Of a DNA stretch of 64,000 nt, positions 11,736-24,928 are shown piece by piece (within the stretch, counting starts at the first letter, position 1; every line of letters begins with the position of its first letter). The stretch is from Anthoceros angustus (lineage: Eukaryota > Plantae > Anthocerotophyta). A program made the position numbers and the translations under genes. The DNA is taken from positions 656,964 to 720,963 of the forward strand of contig VJWM01000135.1 in the NCBI GenBank assembly GCA_010909165.1. Reading direction: 5' to 3'. The notes under the pieces are model-generated. The model worked only from the letters and a program-made list of their open reading frames with translations, was not told the DNA's origin and made no database searches.

Positions 11736-12350
11736 CGGGCAAGAGTGATGTGTTGGTTGGCAGCACCAGCTGGTTTTAGAGTTGTGAGACTGATACGGGC
11801 AAGACTGATGTGTTGGTTGGCAGCACCTGCTGGTTTTAGAGTTGTGAGACTGATATGTCGATTGGCCGCACCAGTTGGGCTCTCAAATGCTCATTGGCCG
11901 CACCAGTTGGGCTCTCATATGTTGATTGGCCCCACCAGTTGGGCTCTCATATGTTGATTGCCCGCACCAGTTGGGCTCTCATATGTTGATTGGCCCCACC
12001 AGTTGGGCTCTCATGTTGATTGGCCCCACCAGTTGGGCTCTCATATGTTGATTGGCCGCACCAGTTGGGCTCGGAGTTGCAAGACTGATATGTTGATTGG
12101 CTACACCAGTTGGGCACAGAGTTGCAAGACTGATAAGCTGGTTGGCAACGTCGGTCCAACACCAGACTCATATGCTGGTTGGTGTTGACTGATATGCTGG
12201 TTGGCATCATCAGCTGGTTTTAGAGTTGCAAGACCGATATGTTGATTGGCCGCACCAGCTGGGCATTGCAAGACTGATATGTTGATTGGCCGTACCAATT
12301 GGGCTCAAAGTTGCAAGATTGATAAGCTGGTTGGCAATGCCGGTCTAACA
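11736..12350. repeat. Compound minisatellite: two 60-bp units, about seven 30-32-bp units, then longer hybrid units
   Basis: Core TGTTGATTGGCC(G/C)CACCAGTTGGGCTCTCATA in tandem. The 60-bp units start at 11736 and 11796. Confidence 0.9.
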
Positions 12351-12789
12351 CCTGTTGGGGTTCCGTTAGCACCGCTTCATCTCTGCACATTTTTGCAATC
12401 CATGAGGGCCTTGTTTTGTGCTCTGCCAAATGTTGTAACTCTTGGCACCACTTCATCTTTGCAGGTTTCTGTAATCCGTGAGGGCTTTGTTTTGTGCTCT
12501 ACCCAATGTTGTAATTATTGCTCTGACACGGGTGTTTATGGGTTCCACAAATACTGAATGTCAATTGACGAAGCTGATTGAGCACATCTTACACCTTTGA
12601 GAGAAGGTTGAAGAGGGGCTATTGATGTTCGGTATAGGTACTACAGCGGCAATTATGTTCTATCAAGATTTTACCTATGATAAGTTTTCGAGAGTTTGCA
12701 AACTATATCTGAAGAGTTATCTTTTTTTTTAATTTCATATTTTAAAAATAAATCAAAACAAACATGGGGGAGAAATCTTCAGCAAGAGT

Positions 12790-13120
12790 TCTGACGAATT
12801 ATCTATATAATTTCAAAGGAATACGAAGAAAAGTGATATCTCAAAAGCTATCTACATAATTGCAAAGGGGATAAGAGGAAGAAGGGTAATATCTCAAGAG
12901 TTATCTACAGAATTCCAAAGGGGATACCAAGAAGGGTGATATATGAAGAGTAATCTACATAATTTCACTGGGGATGCAAACAAGGGTGAAGAGTTATCTA
13001 CATAATTTCAAAGGGGATACAAAGAAGGGTGAAGAGTTATCTACATAATTTCAAAGGGGATGCAAAGAAGGGTGAAAGGGTTATCTACCTAATTTCAAAG
13101 GGGATGCAAAGAAGAGTGAC
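12790..13120. repeat. Tandem array of about 43-50-bp units (about 7-8 copies)
   Basis: Consensus GAAGAGTTATCTACATAATTTCAAAGGGGATACAAAGAAGGGT. Confidence 0.88.
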
Positions 13121-13622
13121 GAAGGTACGTACATTGCATGGTAACACTATAGATAAATTAATGTTAATTAGTTACCAAAAGATATGTAATTAGATTAATT
13201 AATTCTAATCAAACACAAGTGCATAAATTAGTGTCACACGGCATGACACATACCATGCGTAAAAGCCAACACACTAAGTTAATGTTGTGCTTAATTATAG
13301 ACTACAATGCAAAACCAAAATCTCAGGATAAAAACTTACATTGGCCCTGTACTTTTCAATGTTGTTGCTAAAGAGGAAATGCAAAAGAAATTAGGAATAT
13401 AGGGATTAAAGAATTTTGCAATAAGAATAAGGAAATAGAGTAATTAAAATTTACTCTATTATCCTAATAATTAATTAGGATAATTATTGTTTAGGATAAT
13501 CACTATGACCTAGCGCTAATGCGCGGGTCTAATCATGTCCGCATCACGATGTACTACTGTTTGTGACTGGTACATGACCTAGCATGTGGGGTGCATGACT
13601 TAGCATGTAGATGGCATAAGAA

Positions 13623-13917
13623 CTAACGAACCGTTAAGACAACTGAACTACATTTCAGTCTCATCAGGTATTGAAGGATCCTGGCCTGATGAATCCATTG
13701 CGCAAGGTTACTTTTGCAAAGTAAATCTCTTATATATTTCTGGAAACTTTGTATAATCTTGTTCTTATCATTGTCAGACCACTTTGGATAGTAATCTATT
13801 ACAGCCTCGAAGATTCTTATCACATATTCTTCATGGATTTTAACCTTAGGCCAAAAGTTCTCATCTTGGAAGTTCCTTATGTCCACCTTGTAATTCTTGA
13901 ATGTCCGCTCAGCATAC
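13623..13917 (-). other. Isolated exon-like ORF in an AT-rich repeat block, possibly from a DNA-transposon accessory gene
   Basis: Acceptor TGATGCAG at 13918, then an open frame YAERTFKNYKVDIRNFQDENFWPKVKIHEEYVIRIFEAVIDYYPKW. No family recognised. Confidence 0.35.
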
Positions 13918-14499
13918 CTGCATCAAGTAGATTAGGCAAATAATTTTAAGATAGACTAAATGAACTAACTACAGGACATGCTCAACAAGCTCAAGAATAA
14001 ACTCAACAAGAACCCAAAAGCATGAACTACTTACCAACTAACAGACTACATATTGAATTGACTACTTAACTAATTACCTCCACCTAGACACTAACAGTCT
14101 TACAAACTGGACTGACCTATGATGGATTAAGAGACCAACAAACATGGCTCAACCTGAACAGACATAAAAATAATGTTCTGGATAACTACTTACCTATACA
14201 CCTACTCTTACCGACTCACATTCACAATTTAACTGGACTTAACTTGCTGAATGAACTCAATGAATGAAAGGTTAAATGATTTAACTTACTTAATGACTGA
14301 ACTTACCAATTGATTGCAATTCTTGAACAACTAACCTAGTGACCTCCGAATTTGAACTAATGACTTGTCTTAGCACTCTCAGCAACGAAAAAAACAATAT
14401 GTGAATAATCTTAAGCCGAAGGTTAACTTACTCTACAAACTCGCCCCAGAATCCTTCCTTGAAAGCTTAAATCGGGCTAGAATTGTCAAATGTTATATA

Positions 14500-15060
14500 A
14501 ACCTTAAGTTATACCATCGTCTAGGTTTGTTCTCGAAAGGTTTTTTACACAACCATCGAGTCCGTGGTGGAAGCGATGATGGACTATGATCCCGAGTTGG
14601 AAACGCATGGCTGGAAAATTTAATGCCTTGTGCCATATACTCCTTTCATCGTACCATCATCCAAGTTTTTTTCCCGAGGGGCTTTCCTACACAACTATTA
14701 GACCCATGATTGAAACGAAAATGGACTACATCCCACGCTGGAAATGCCATGTGCCTTATAGACCTTGTGTTGTACCATCTTCCAAGTTTGTTCCTAAAGG
14801 GCCCTTCTACACAACTATCAGGCGCGTGGTTGAAGTGGTGATGGACTATCTTAACCCACAGGAAACACCACATGCCATATACACCTTTAATTTGTTGCAC
14901 TTTCGTCCATGTTTGTTCTCAGAGGACTTTCCTACACCACCATCGGGCCCGTGGTTGAAGCGATCCCGCGTTGGAAATGCAATGTGCCATATGCACTTTT
15001 AATTTGTGTTCTGGCACCGTCCCAGATTTCATCATCTAGGGTTCTTCCCAAGGGACTATC
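14500..15060. repeat. Diverged tandem repeat of about 120-135 bp, 4-5 copies
   Basis: Recurrent TACCATC...TTTGTTC...CCTACACAACYATC...GGTTGAA...GATGGACTA...GTTGGAAATGC...TGTGCC blocks near 14515, 14650, 14773, 14905 and 15020. Confidence 0.75.
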
Positions 15061-15639
15061 CTTTTTGTTATGCATAATTTACTTTGGGCATATACATGCT
15101 GCTTTGTGAATAGAATATATATTTGGCATGTATATACCCCTCTATCCTAGCCTTTTTAATTCTTGGAGTAAAGAAAAACAATGGGCAAGAAAATGTATGG
15201 GTATGCTTAGTACATGTGATCCAAAACAATTTGCCCTACAAAATGAATGCGAACATCCCACTAAGTAGTATGGCCCACCATTTGGGAACTCACCCTAGAG
15301 GGGTGCCCTCCGGTTCCTGTGTCTGTCAACAAGCCTATGCCATAGCTTCTTTCCGATGCCCATATCGACACAATCCTCATGTGCTCTATGTGCCATGCTC
15401 CATTCCCTATGCTCCATACCCATATGTCTCAAGAGACAACGATGCCCTCATGGCTGGCTCGTGCCGCGGGGCTTTAGGGTAACACATTTAAAGTCCTATA
15501 TATTCATAGATTTGTAGTTTGGTTTTGTCTACACCCGCTGCTACTGATTTTTAGTATAGTGGTGAGTGATTTTGCTTGTGGCTCTAACGACGCGAGTTTG
15601 GACTTAGGTAAAGAGAATAATCTTCTGCGACAAGTCTTC

Positions 15640-15721
15640 AATAATTTCTTTGAGCCCAGAGATTTGATGAAGTTTTTCTTTAATAATTTCTTTGAGCCCA
15701 AAGATTTGATGAAGTTTTTCT
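15640..15721. repeat. 42-bp direct duplication
   Basis: AATAATTTCTTTGAGCCCA(G/A)AGATTTGATGAAGTTTTTCT at 15640 and 15682. Confidence 0.85.
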
Positions 15722-16634
15722 CCCATACCCGATGTCATGGTGAGGGTTAGGCCACCATGCCTGCATATTTTCCTTTCTCCGTTTTCAGCGAGTGCCGAAT
15801 GTATTATTCACATTCATTTTGTAAGGCAAAATAGCTTGTGGCGCCTAGAGAACTAGTGGGCGCTCTTATAATCTCTTAGTGGTCCTGAGACTAACTATGT
15901 AACGTACAGGCATATGTATATTAATTTAAGACAAGTTGAGAGAACTTCAATAACCCAACATTGGCATCCAACCCTTGCAATATGCACAAGCTAGTAAAGC
16001 AAGGAACTCGTAGTAGGCAGTGCATCTCTGCAACCCCTTAATTGCACTCTAACCCGCCTTTCAGACTTCGTGCCTTGGCCTATGGACTAGAGAACCACGG
16101 TTTTCGGCTGGGACCCCTTGCAGGGCAAGACCCACCCGCCTGACGTTTCCACACATTAATCGCAAGCTCTAAGCCCGTTAGAGACTAGGTAGGCAGTGTT
16201 GAGTGGAACTTATGGAGGGACTGCGCCTAAACCAGCTGAATTCTACACTCTCCTAGTGACAAAACCAGTTCCACGGAAGTTAAAAAAGAAGCAAAGAAGG
16301 ACACCTTCCTGAAAGTAGTGACCCATTACATTAATTTAGTGAAGTCGAAGGATAACTATCTCACGCCATGACCCTTTCCACCCAAGAGCCAGCTGCGAGG
16401 AAAGAGAGAAACCGAAAGCTAAACTACTGAATAATCTACACGCTGAGAACGTACTTCACGCCAGTGAGACTTACTAACAACATCCAGATAGACAGAACTA
16501 CAGCTCATGCCTAGAGTAACCTGCAAAACCACCACATGCGATACTCAGTCATAGGCAACCCACAGATGCGCAACAAGAGGGGAAATCAGTAAACTAGAAG
16601 TGTACGAACGGGATAGATTACCTTGAAGGGCAAA

Positions 16635-18782
16635 TCAACGACGATATGGGGCATACTGTGGTGAGAGAGATCTGTCACGCTGGCCCCGATAAGGAGAATA
16701 TCGTGGAGACCTTTCTCGTCCTCCCCCGTAGGGCAAATACTCTGGGGAATGGCGTTGGCTGCGTCCATCACGGTGGAAACCACCACCACGACCTCCTCTT
16801 CTGCTCGATTGCACAGCTGTGGAGGAAGAGAAACATGAGGCAGAAAATGAGAACGTATCAGAGAAGAATACATGAATACCTGGGCCAACTGAAGTCTCGA
16901 CATACAGCATACCTCTGACACCCAAGTATTCTCCAGGAGTTGGAGTCCTTGCACGTCTCCGTTTAGCCTGTGATTCATAAGAACATCAGAAGAAATACAG
17001 AGCAGCAACATTCTGCAGATTTGGGACAGTACGAACCTCCATCCCAATTTCCTGCAACAGCTCAGATAAAAAAAGCCCCTCAGCAGGAGATTGCGTGATG
17101 TCCAATGTGAGGAAATGAGATTCACAGAGGAGCAAGCCACAAGCTTCACTCATTCCATAAAACCAAAAGCGACAGAACTGGGTAGGCAAACAACGCAACT
17201 TACTGGAAACTGCAAAAGCAGTAGATCACTCAGATTGATTAACTGATCTGAGAGGAAAAATATTGTGGCACCAAGAGCAACATGGATGCAGGTAATCCGG
17301 AGGCCTCTGATGGAGGCCAATAGGCTGCTAAATTCGATTGCACTCGAGACCAAACAGCTCCCAAATTCAACAAAGCCGAAGGCTCAAGATTAGCAGTTGC
17401 AGACATGGGTGGAGCCGTGGCTAGATCGGGAAGGAGTTATGGTCGCAGGAAGCTCGATTTGCTGTCGCACTTCTCCTTGATTAGCCTATTGGATTTGATT
17501 CAGCCAGTCAGAAGCGAGGATGTAGACACCACACAGGTCATTAAAGGCTGGCAGTTTGTTCAGTTACAGCTGATCTGAAGCAGAGCCCTTTAGCCTAGGA
17601 CCTTGGCACTCAGATTTGTCAATAGCTGCTGACTGCAAGTTGCCGCCCTTTGAAATGGGCCAGGATGCCACTGTTTGACAATTGCTGACACTTGCTAGAT
17701 TGCCGATGCAGTGACTAAAAATAGGGATCTTGGCGGCGCAAAATGGGGCCGAGATTTCTGGATGACCAAAAGGTCAACGATACCATTAGCAACCACCAGG
17801 TCAAAGTTCCTCACAGTGGATGTGCCTATCATGATAAAGACTCAACATGAGTGACCTGGACAAACATCAGTGCCATGCATACCCCTGTGTCATACCCACT
17901 TACAGGCTCACCTTTTCCACAGTGATCATTCGGCCTTCAAGAGTTGAGCGGTTCAGGTACTTGATGCAGCGCTCAGCGTCCTCCAAATGCTCCATGGTCA
18001 CAAATCCAAATCCACGAGATTCCCTTGTTCGTGGATCCAACACCAGTCGACACTCCAGTACCTGAAAATATCGAACACTTGTGTTAATCCTCAGACTTCA
18101 AACCTCACACAAAAAGTGTGCTTTGCAAGTCAACTCCTGCTGCAAGAAGCCTCCACCTTGCCCTCGCGAGAAAAATGTTCTTCGAGATCCTTTTCGTTTA
18201 CGCGTGTGGACAACCCTGTAACGTACAGATTGTTGCCTGGATTCAAAGCGTCCGACTTGAACCTCTTGCCCCGGTCACTGCTTCGGTCTCTAGTTCTTTC
18301 ACCACCCCTATCACTTCGGTCACTTCTGTCTCCGCTCCGATCATTCCTGTCACTCCTGTCAGACCTGCACCCCAGGGTAAGAACAGTCTGTTCCACGAGT
18401 GTACAGCTAGCTAACGACACCTAACAAACACAATCGAAAACCTACCGGCGTGCCGGGCTCCGCGACCGAGAACGACCACGTTCAGACTTCTCCCGTGGAG
18501 GGGACAGTGAGCTAGAATACCTTCACAAAAAACACTCACAAGCTTCAACAACACGGACATCGGTGTTCCCCAGTGAAACCCATCACCCAAAACCAACATT
18601 TCAAAAAAAAAAAAAATCGCAGCCGGGCCTCACCTGCGCCTCGGTGGTGACTCTGCCTGTGACACAAACCAAATCAACCCAACGAACGTTAAAAGAACGC
18701 GCACCGAAAGACCATCGCCCAAAACAAAACAAAACAAAACCCACACAGCCTCCCCTCAACCCAAAAGCACCGTGCTCACCAT
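16635..18782 (-). CDS. SR45a: SR45a/Tra2-like serine/arginine-rich RRM splicing factor, 7 coding exons
   Basis: Spliced product M|AESPPRRR|YSSSLSPPREKSERGRSRSRSP...NPGNNLYVTGLSTRVNEKDLEEHFSREGK|VLECRLVLDPRTRESRGFGFVTM...RMITVEK|AKRRRARTPTPGEYLGVR|...RSPRYSPY, matching SR45a hallmarks. Confidence 0.92.
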
Positions 18783-19433
18783 ATTAGACGGGGAAAAGCT
18801 GTCTCTGGCTACCACGGACAGAACTCTGCCGATCCTGATAGCTGCCACAATCAGGGAAGCCACACCAACCTCACACCCCCACGTCCCCGGACAGCCTTTG
18901 AGAAGCAACGCCTTGAAGCACCCAACAACAAGGCCCGCAGCACAGGCAGAAGGCACCTGCCACCGAGACCCAGCCGTGAGACGCGACACCCCACGCTCAC
19001 GCTACCTTAGAGCCGTTGAGGCCCTGAGAGGCCGCAAAACAAGAAACCAAAAGCCCGGTGGGCAGAAACAAGACACAAAACCTGTCCCGGCGTGCCGAGT
19101 CTCAACAATCTGCTTTAGCTAAAGCGCAGGAATAAAAAAGGACCTGCAGCGCTAGCAAGAAAGCAGCAGCGACGGCTGCCTCGCCTCGCTTTGCTCGCAC
19201 CGCTGTCTCCAATGAGGCAAAGCAGAGCAACGTTTGTTTGCCCAAACTGTTTTTGGTCTGGCCTCGTCTTTGCTTTCCGCTTCGCCTTTGACCATTGACC
19301 TAAATGTGAACTCCGTCACTTTTTAAGTACCTCCATAATGTAGGTAGGCATTGCGAGCCCCATTAATGCTAATTAAACAAATTAATGATTTGCAGCATCG
19401 CTTCGACTGGGAGCCTGCTGCCTGCTCACCACC

Positions 19434-20912
19434 ATGGCGGCCTCGCTCCCTGTGCCGCCCGGTCTCGGCTGCGGGCCTTCCCTGCACGCTGCGCTTGCGC
19501 TGCCTCCATCGCGCTGGCTCCAGGTCGGGGCCGCCGGGCCGGGATTGGCTGCATCGGGTCGTGATCGGAGGCGGCGGCTGGTTTGCAGGTGCAAGCAGGT
19601 GTCGCCGATCAGCAGAGGTACTGGTGCGTCTGTGGCTGGAGGAGAGGAGGATTAGGGTTTTGGGTTTCCCTTACCATCGTGCTTCCAGGTGCCAGTGACA
19701 AGGGAGGTGCGGCTGCCGCTCCCGCTCCTGCTCCCGCCGCTGCCGTCCCCAAGGCCGTCGAGGTGCGGGACCTGGGGCTCAGCGTGAAGGGTAGCAAGGG
19801 CGAGGTGGCTGTTCTCAAAGGCTGCACCTTGTCCGTACCCGCAGGGCAGCTCTGGATGCTGCTGGGGCCGAATGGATGTGGCAAATCCACTCTTCTAAAG
19901 GTCGTCAACTGGTAAACTACGCACATTTTGGCCTTCCGTTGCTGTGTGGATCGGTGTGGTGGGGAAGGATTGGGTTTTGATTTTTTTTTTTTTTTGGTTT
20001 TCCTTGTTACATTGGCAGGCGTTGGCTGGACTTTTGAGGCCCAGTTCGGGACGGATGTACGTGGTTGGCCCTAAGAGCTTTGTTTTTCAGAACCCTGATC
20101 ATCAGGTGAGGGTTGTCTGGGTAGCGTTCAGGTTGAAGATAGTAGTCACTAGGTGATAAATTTGGCGTGCCTTGCTGAATGGTGTTGCTAGTTTCTGCTC
20201 GGGTGGAAGCATTCTCATGCACCATCTTGACATGTTTCGTGATTTTCCTGGCGTGTTGCTGACCGGTTGCAGGTGGTAATGCCCTCTGCGGCGTCTGATG
20301 TTGCGTTTGGGCTAGGCCAGTCTGGATTACCCAGAGAGGAAGTACGGGCCAGGGTGCAAAGGTCTTTGGAGGCCGTGGGAATGTCTGATTATGCCGAGGT
20401 AGATGTTGTTCGATTGATTTCTTTGGTGTCGATGTCACTTTTGTCAGTGTAAATTCAATGACACCTCTTGCTTTTGAAAAGCAGAGACCTGTTTCAACTT
20501 TAAGTGGTGGGCAAAAGCAAAGGGTTGCCATAGCAGGCGCAATAGCTGAGGAGAGCCGAGTCCTTCTGCTTGATGAGCTGACCACTTTTCTAGATGAGCG
20601 CGACCAGGTTCGAAACCGATGATAGCTGAATGGGTTCCTCGTTTGCTTATTTCTTTCTGGTAGCACTGATGCTGATGAGTATTTCAACAGATGGGGGTAT
20701 TGCAAGCAGTGCGTGGTATTGTTGGTGGACCACAGGCAGTAACTGCTTTATGGGTCACGCACAGACTAGAGGAGCTTGAGTATGCGGATGGAGCATTCTA
20801 CATGGAGCAGGGAAGCATTGTTTGTGGTGGAAGCATTGAGGAAGTGAAGCGCTTCATTCAGCTTCGGCAAGAGCAATTTAATCAGAGTAGTGGGTTTCCT
20901 AGTGCACCATAA
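19434..20912 (+). CDS. ABCI10: ABC transporter I family ATPase (EcfA/CbiO-like, ABCI10/NAP13-like), plastid-targeted, multi-exon
   Basis: Walker [11 protein letters not shown]-loop FVFQNPDHQ|VVMP, signature [13 protein letters not shown], Walker [13 protein letters not shown]-loop [11 protein letters not shown]-terminus is transit-peptide-like. Confidence 0.9.
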
Positions 20913-21715
20913 CCTGGCAGGACCTCATCTTGGTAATCTGCTCAGCGAACATGGAGCATCAAAGATGGAACAAATCTGGTAACTTTGGCTCGCCTGGATT
21001 CATCTTTGGAGGGGTCTCCCACATTGCTTGGGTCACTCGCTGTTCTCGACTTCTCCGGCTGGCATCTATGGTTGCCGGTCCATGTGCCTTATCCAGGTTG
21101 ACTACAGGCATGTAGTGAGAGGCATTTCTGGGCCACGTTAAACCAGGTGCCTACTTCAGTTTGACTTCATTTATGTTATGAGGGCAGGATAACGGCCAAC
21201 TTTTGATGTTGTGTGTCCACGTCTGAACAGCAGGTGTGTTACTGTTGCCCTGTGCTTTTTACCCTGCCCTCACATTTGAAGGTTCTGGATTTAACTATTA
21301 CCGGGCAATCATTTTTGTCCGTGTTGCAGGATGAGGCTGGTCTTGAAACACAGTCTACAAATTTGTCAAACCCGTGAATCATGAGATGAGAGCTAGGGCC
21401 CAAGACTTCTGGGCACGCATTGGCGTTTGGCCAGGTACTAAGGCCTTTGAATTTACAAAGACTTATGACTTTCAATTTGCAATACATATATCCTCCATGG
21501 AAATCGTACGACTCCGACTCCACACGTGCAGACACGACGGGTCCCGTCTGGGTTTCAAGGGCACTTTTACTTTCCTTGGTGTTGTGATCATCAACAAGTT
21601 CTGAAAACAGGATTGGGTGTTGCATTTTCATCAAATCCGCCATCAATAAATGGAAACGGGAGGGCCTCGACTTACAGCACTGTCCAGCATGAGTATCTAA
21701 AGTGACCGCTGGGCT

Positions 21716-24700
21716 TCAGGGAGTATCATTCTGGTATTTTTCCTGGAACACGTTGCACACTTCCTCGTCTGCAGGCTTTTTTGGGACGTTATCAAATTGG
21801 GCAAGAATATCATAAGTTATTTTATCTGGAGAGCAGCCCCTTTCCTTCATCTCCATGTGTAACTTGCGCGCATCTTCATACCTCCCAAAATCCCCTAGGC
21901 CGCCTATGACGGTGTTGTAGGTGACAACATCTGGCACACAGCCATCGCTACGCATCTGTCTCATAAGGGTTTCACCTTTACTCACTTGACCAGCCCTGCA
22001 GAGACCCGCAATAAGGATGTTGTACAGAATGAGATCTGCAACGAATTTCTTCTCCCTCATTTCCTGGAACAGTTCCCAGGCTTCGTCTACCCTAGATTCT
22101 TGGCAAAGACCAGTGATCAGGATGTGGTAAGTCACTCTATCTGCGACCACATTCGCATCCTTCATCTCTTGGAACAGATTAAGAGCCTCGTCTACTTGAT
22201 CTGCCCTTCTCAGTCCATCCATCATGGAGTTGTATGTGATGACATCCATGTCAAAGCCCAATGCTTTCATTTCTTGCAAAAGATTCCAAGCCTCATCCAT
22301 CTCTCCTGCTTTTCCAAGTCCAGAAATCACAGTATTGTATGTCACCAGATTTGGTTCACATCCTTGTTCCTTCATCTCTCTGAATAGAGTCCAGGCCCTA
22401 TCAATGTAACCCGCTTTGCTCAGTCTGTTGACGAGTGTGGAGTAAACATATACATCTGGCTTGCAACCCGCCTCTTTCATTGCGCTAAATAGATTACAGG
22501 CTTCCTCAACCAGCCCCATACTACCGACAATATTAATAATAGCATTGAAGGTGAACCCATCTGGTTTCAATCCTTTGGCCTTCAGTTCACCAAAAAGCTC
22601 GTATGCATCTTGCAGTTCTCCAGCCTTCCCCAACGCATAGAGAAGTGTGTTCCATGTGATCAGATCTGGATTGCAGCCATCTTTTTGCATTTGCACATAG
22701 ATATCTTTGGCTTTGTTAGGCTGACCAGCCTTGCCCAGCCCGTAAATGAGGGCATTGTAAGTTTGAAGACCAGGGACACAATTCTTCAATTTCATCTCTG
22801 CAAAAAGTTGCAAGGCTTTATCAATCTGCTCATCCTTGCCGTGTCCGTCAATGAGTGTCGTATATGTTATGGTGTTTGGCGAACACCCTTGGTGTTGCAT
22901 TTCCTGAAAAAGACGGTCCGCTAAGTCCATCTTTCCTACCCTTACTGCAGCACCAATCACGGTGTTGTAAGTCACCTGATCCCTAGCACAACCAACCCTT
23001 TCCATCTCTTCAAAGATCTCAAAGGCCTTCTCAAATCTGCCTGCCTTTGAAAGACCTGCAATCAGAACATTATAATTGAGCACTTCCGGAACAAACGATT
23101 TCGCTTTCATATCCTCAAACAGCATGTAAGCTTGATCAATCATTTCAGCCTTACAATATGCATCCAGGAAAATAGAATATGTCACAGTATCTGGGAAACG
23201 ACCTCTTCGCCTCATGTCATCCATGTGCTTGGATGCTTTGTCTAGTTGACCAGCTTTACAAAGGCCATGCAAGTAAGAGTTGTGGGTCACAATATTAGCT
23301 GAACAGCCTTCTTGCTCCATCTTTACAAAAAGTTTCAGAGCATCGTCTATCTGACCTGCTTTAGCAAAAGCAGACATTAGCGTGTTGTATGTTATAAGAC
23401 CTGGGGTACACCCGGCTCTACTCATACTGTCAAACAGGTCCAGGGCCATCTCCATCTTGCCCGCTTTCCCACAGCCATCAATCAGTATGTTGTAAATGAT
23501 CACATTTGGCTGAGGTCCCCCAGCTCTCATATTCGTGAACATCTGATATGCTTCATCAATCCTGTTCGCCTTGCAAAGTCCAAAGATGATAGCACAATAT
23601 GTGAAGACATTTGCTGGACAACCATTCGTCTTCATGTCCTCAAACAGCGACAAGGCGTCATCCAGTTTGCCTGCTTTGACAAAGCAATCAATTACACTGT
23701 TGTATGTCCTAGTGTCTGGACGAAGCCCAAGAGCCAGCATCTGTTCATACATTTGCTGAGCCGTGTGATGGAATTTTCCCTTCACTAGGATATCAATAAG
23801 GCAGTTGTAATTGATCACATTCGGCTTGCAGCCAAAGCTTCTGAACCTCTCAAACGCATTGATTGCGCCTTTGTAATTCCTGGCCTTGCCATAGCTTGTC
23901 AGAATTCCAGTCAAAGTGACAGCTGAGAGCTCACATTTATCAATCCGCATTTCCTCAACCAGGTTCCACATAGCCACAAGGTTTCCTGCGTCACCCAGTT
24001 TATGAATTATCATGGTATATGTGTACGCATTGTGTTTGTACCCTTTTTGCTGCTCCGCCCAATTGAAGAATGACAAAGACAGTTGTACATCTTTCAGCTG
24101 CCTCAGTACTTCTGCTACAACATAAGGCCTTAAGGTTACCTTCAGCTGTTCCAATGCTTGGACCACAGCTGAATCCCACTTGCCCCCTTCCAGTATGTCA
24201 ACAATGGCCTTGATCTGACGAGCCTCATTCTGGGGTGCCAATTTCCGCCTAAGCTCACTGAAAACCTTGCTTCGCAAAGGATTTCCCTCCAGCATATCGT
24301 TGAGGTTGAGCGTTCCAACATTTGGGCGTAACGACCTTGCAATGCCAGCATTCAGCCTCTGTGCATCCGTACCAGGCTCAACAGCGAAACCGGGGCACTT
24401 CCTGACATATGTGTCGGATGATGGCCTGGATGGGGTAGCCGATGCTGGTCCTGCAAGGAACGAACCCAACACACTACTTCAACAACAAAAAATCATCCAA
24501 CAGCCAAGGAGAAGATTCGAACGACCCAGCAGCAGACAGAACGCCAGGATCCCAGAAAGAGCTACAACGCAGCTTGGAGCACAGCATTGCAACAGTCGTA
24601 CACGCAGCTGAGCTGCACACTACCTGCGAAGCATGTTTTGGGGGAGCGAGTAGATGCTTCTAGCCCACAACCGCAGCCCCTGTTGAAGGAGAAGTGTGCC

Positions 24701-24771
24701 ATAGCATGTCGGGCTCGGGACAGGGGCAGCGGAGCTTCGGCTACAACCCAACGGTGTCCGGCCAGACACAT
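21716..24771 (-). CDS. P-class pentatricopeptide repeat protein (about 21 tandem 35-aa motifs), exons 24771-24624 and 24450-21716
   Basis: Contiguous PPR motifs (PNVINYNCLIDILVK, PDTRTYNSVIDCFVKAG and others) with no E/DYW extension. The long ORF lacks an ATG but splices in phase 1 to an upstream ATG exon. Confidence 0.93.
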
Positions 24772-24928
24772 GTGTGCTCAGCTGCCGGCCGCCGAGTAGG
24801 CCACCTCAAGCTCCTCATAGCTCGAAATTAGCTGCCTGTATCGCACACAGGCGCGCAGACAAAAGGCCACCACTGACCTAAGAGATGTGAGCAGCGGAGA
24901 TATCCGCTGGCCAAGCTGCTTGTGCACG

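Noticed and set aside
11770-12230. GTTTTAGAGTTG motif resembling the start of a type II CRISPR direct repeat
   Set aside because: The intervening sequences are themselves repeats, not unique spacers. The context is eukaryotic with no cas genes; this is a minisatellite.
13507-13537. GACCTAGCGCTAATGCGCGGGTC hairpin as a Helitron 3' end
   Set aside because: The stem is imperfect and no CTRR terminus lies at the expected spacing; insufficient evidence.
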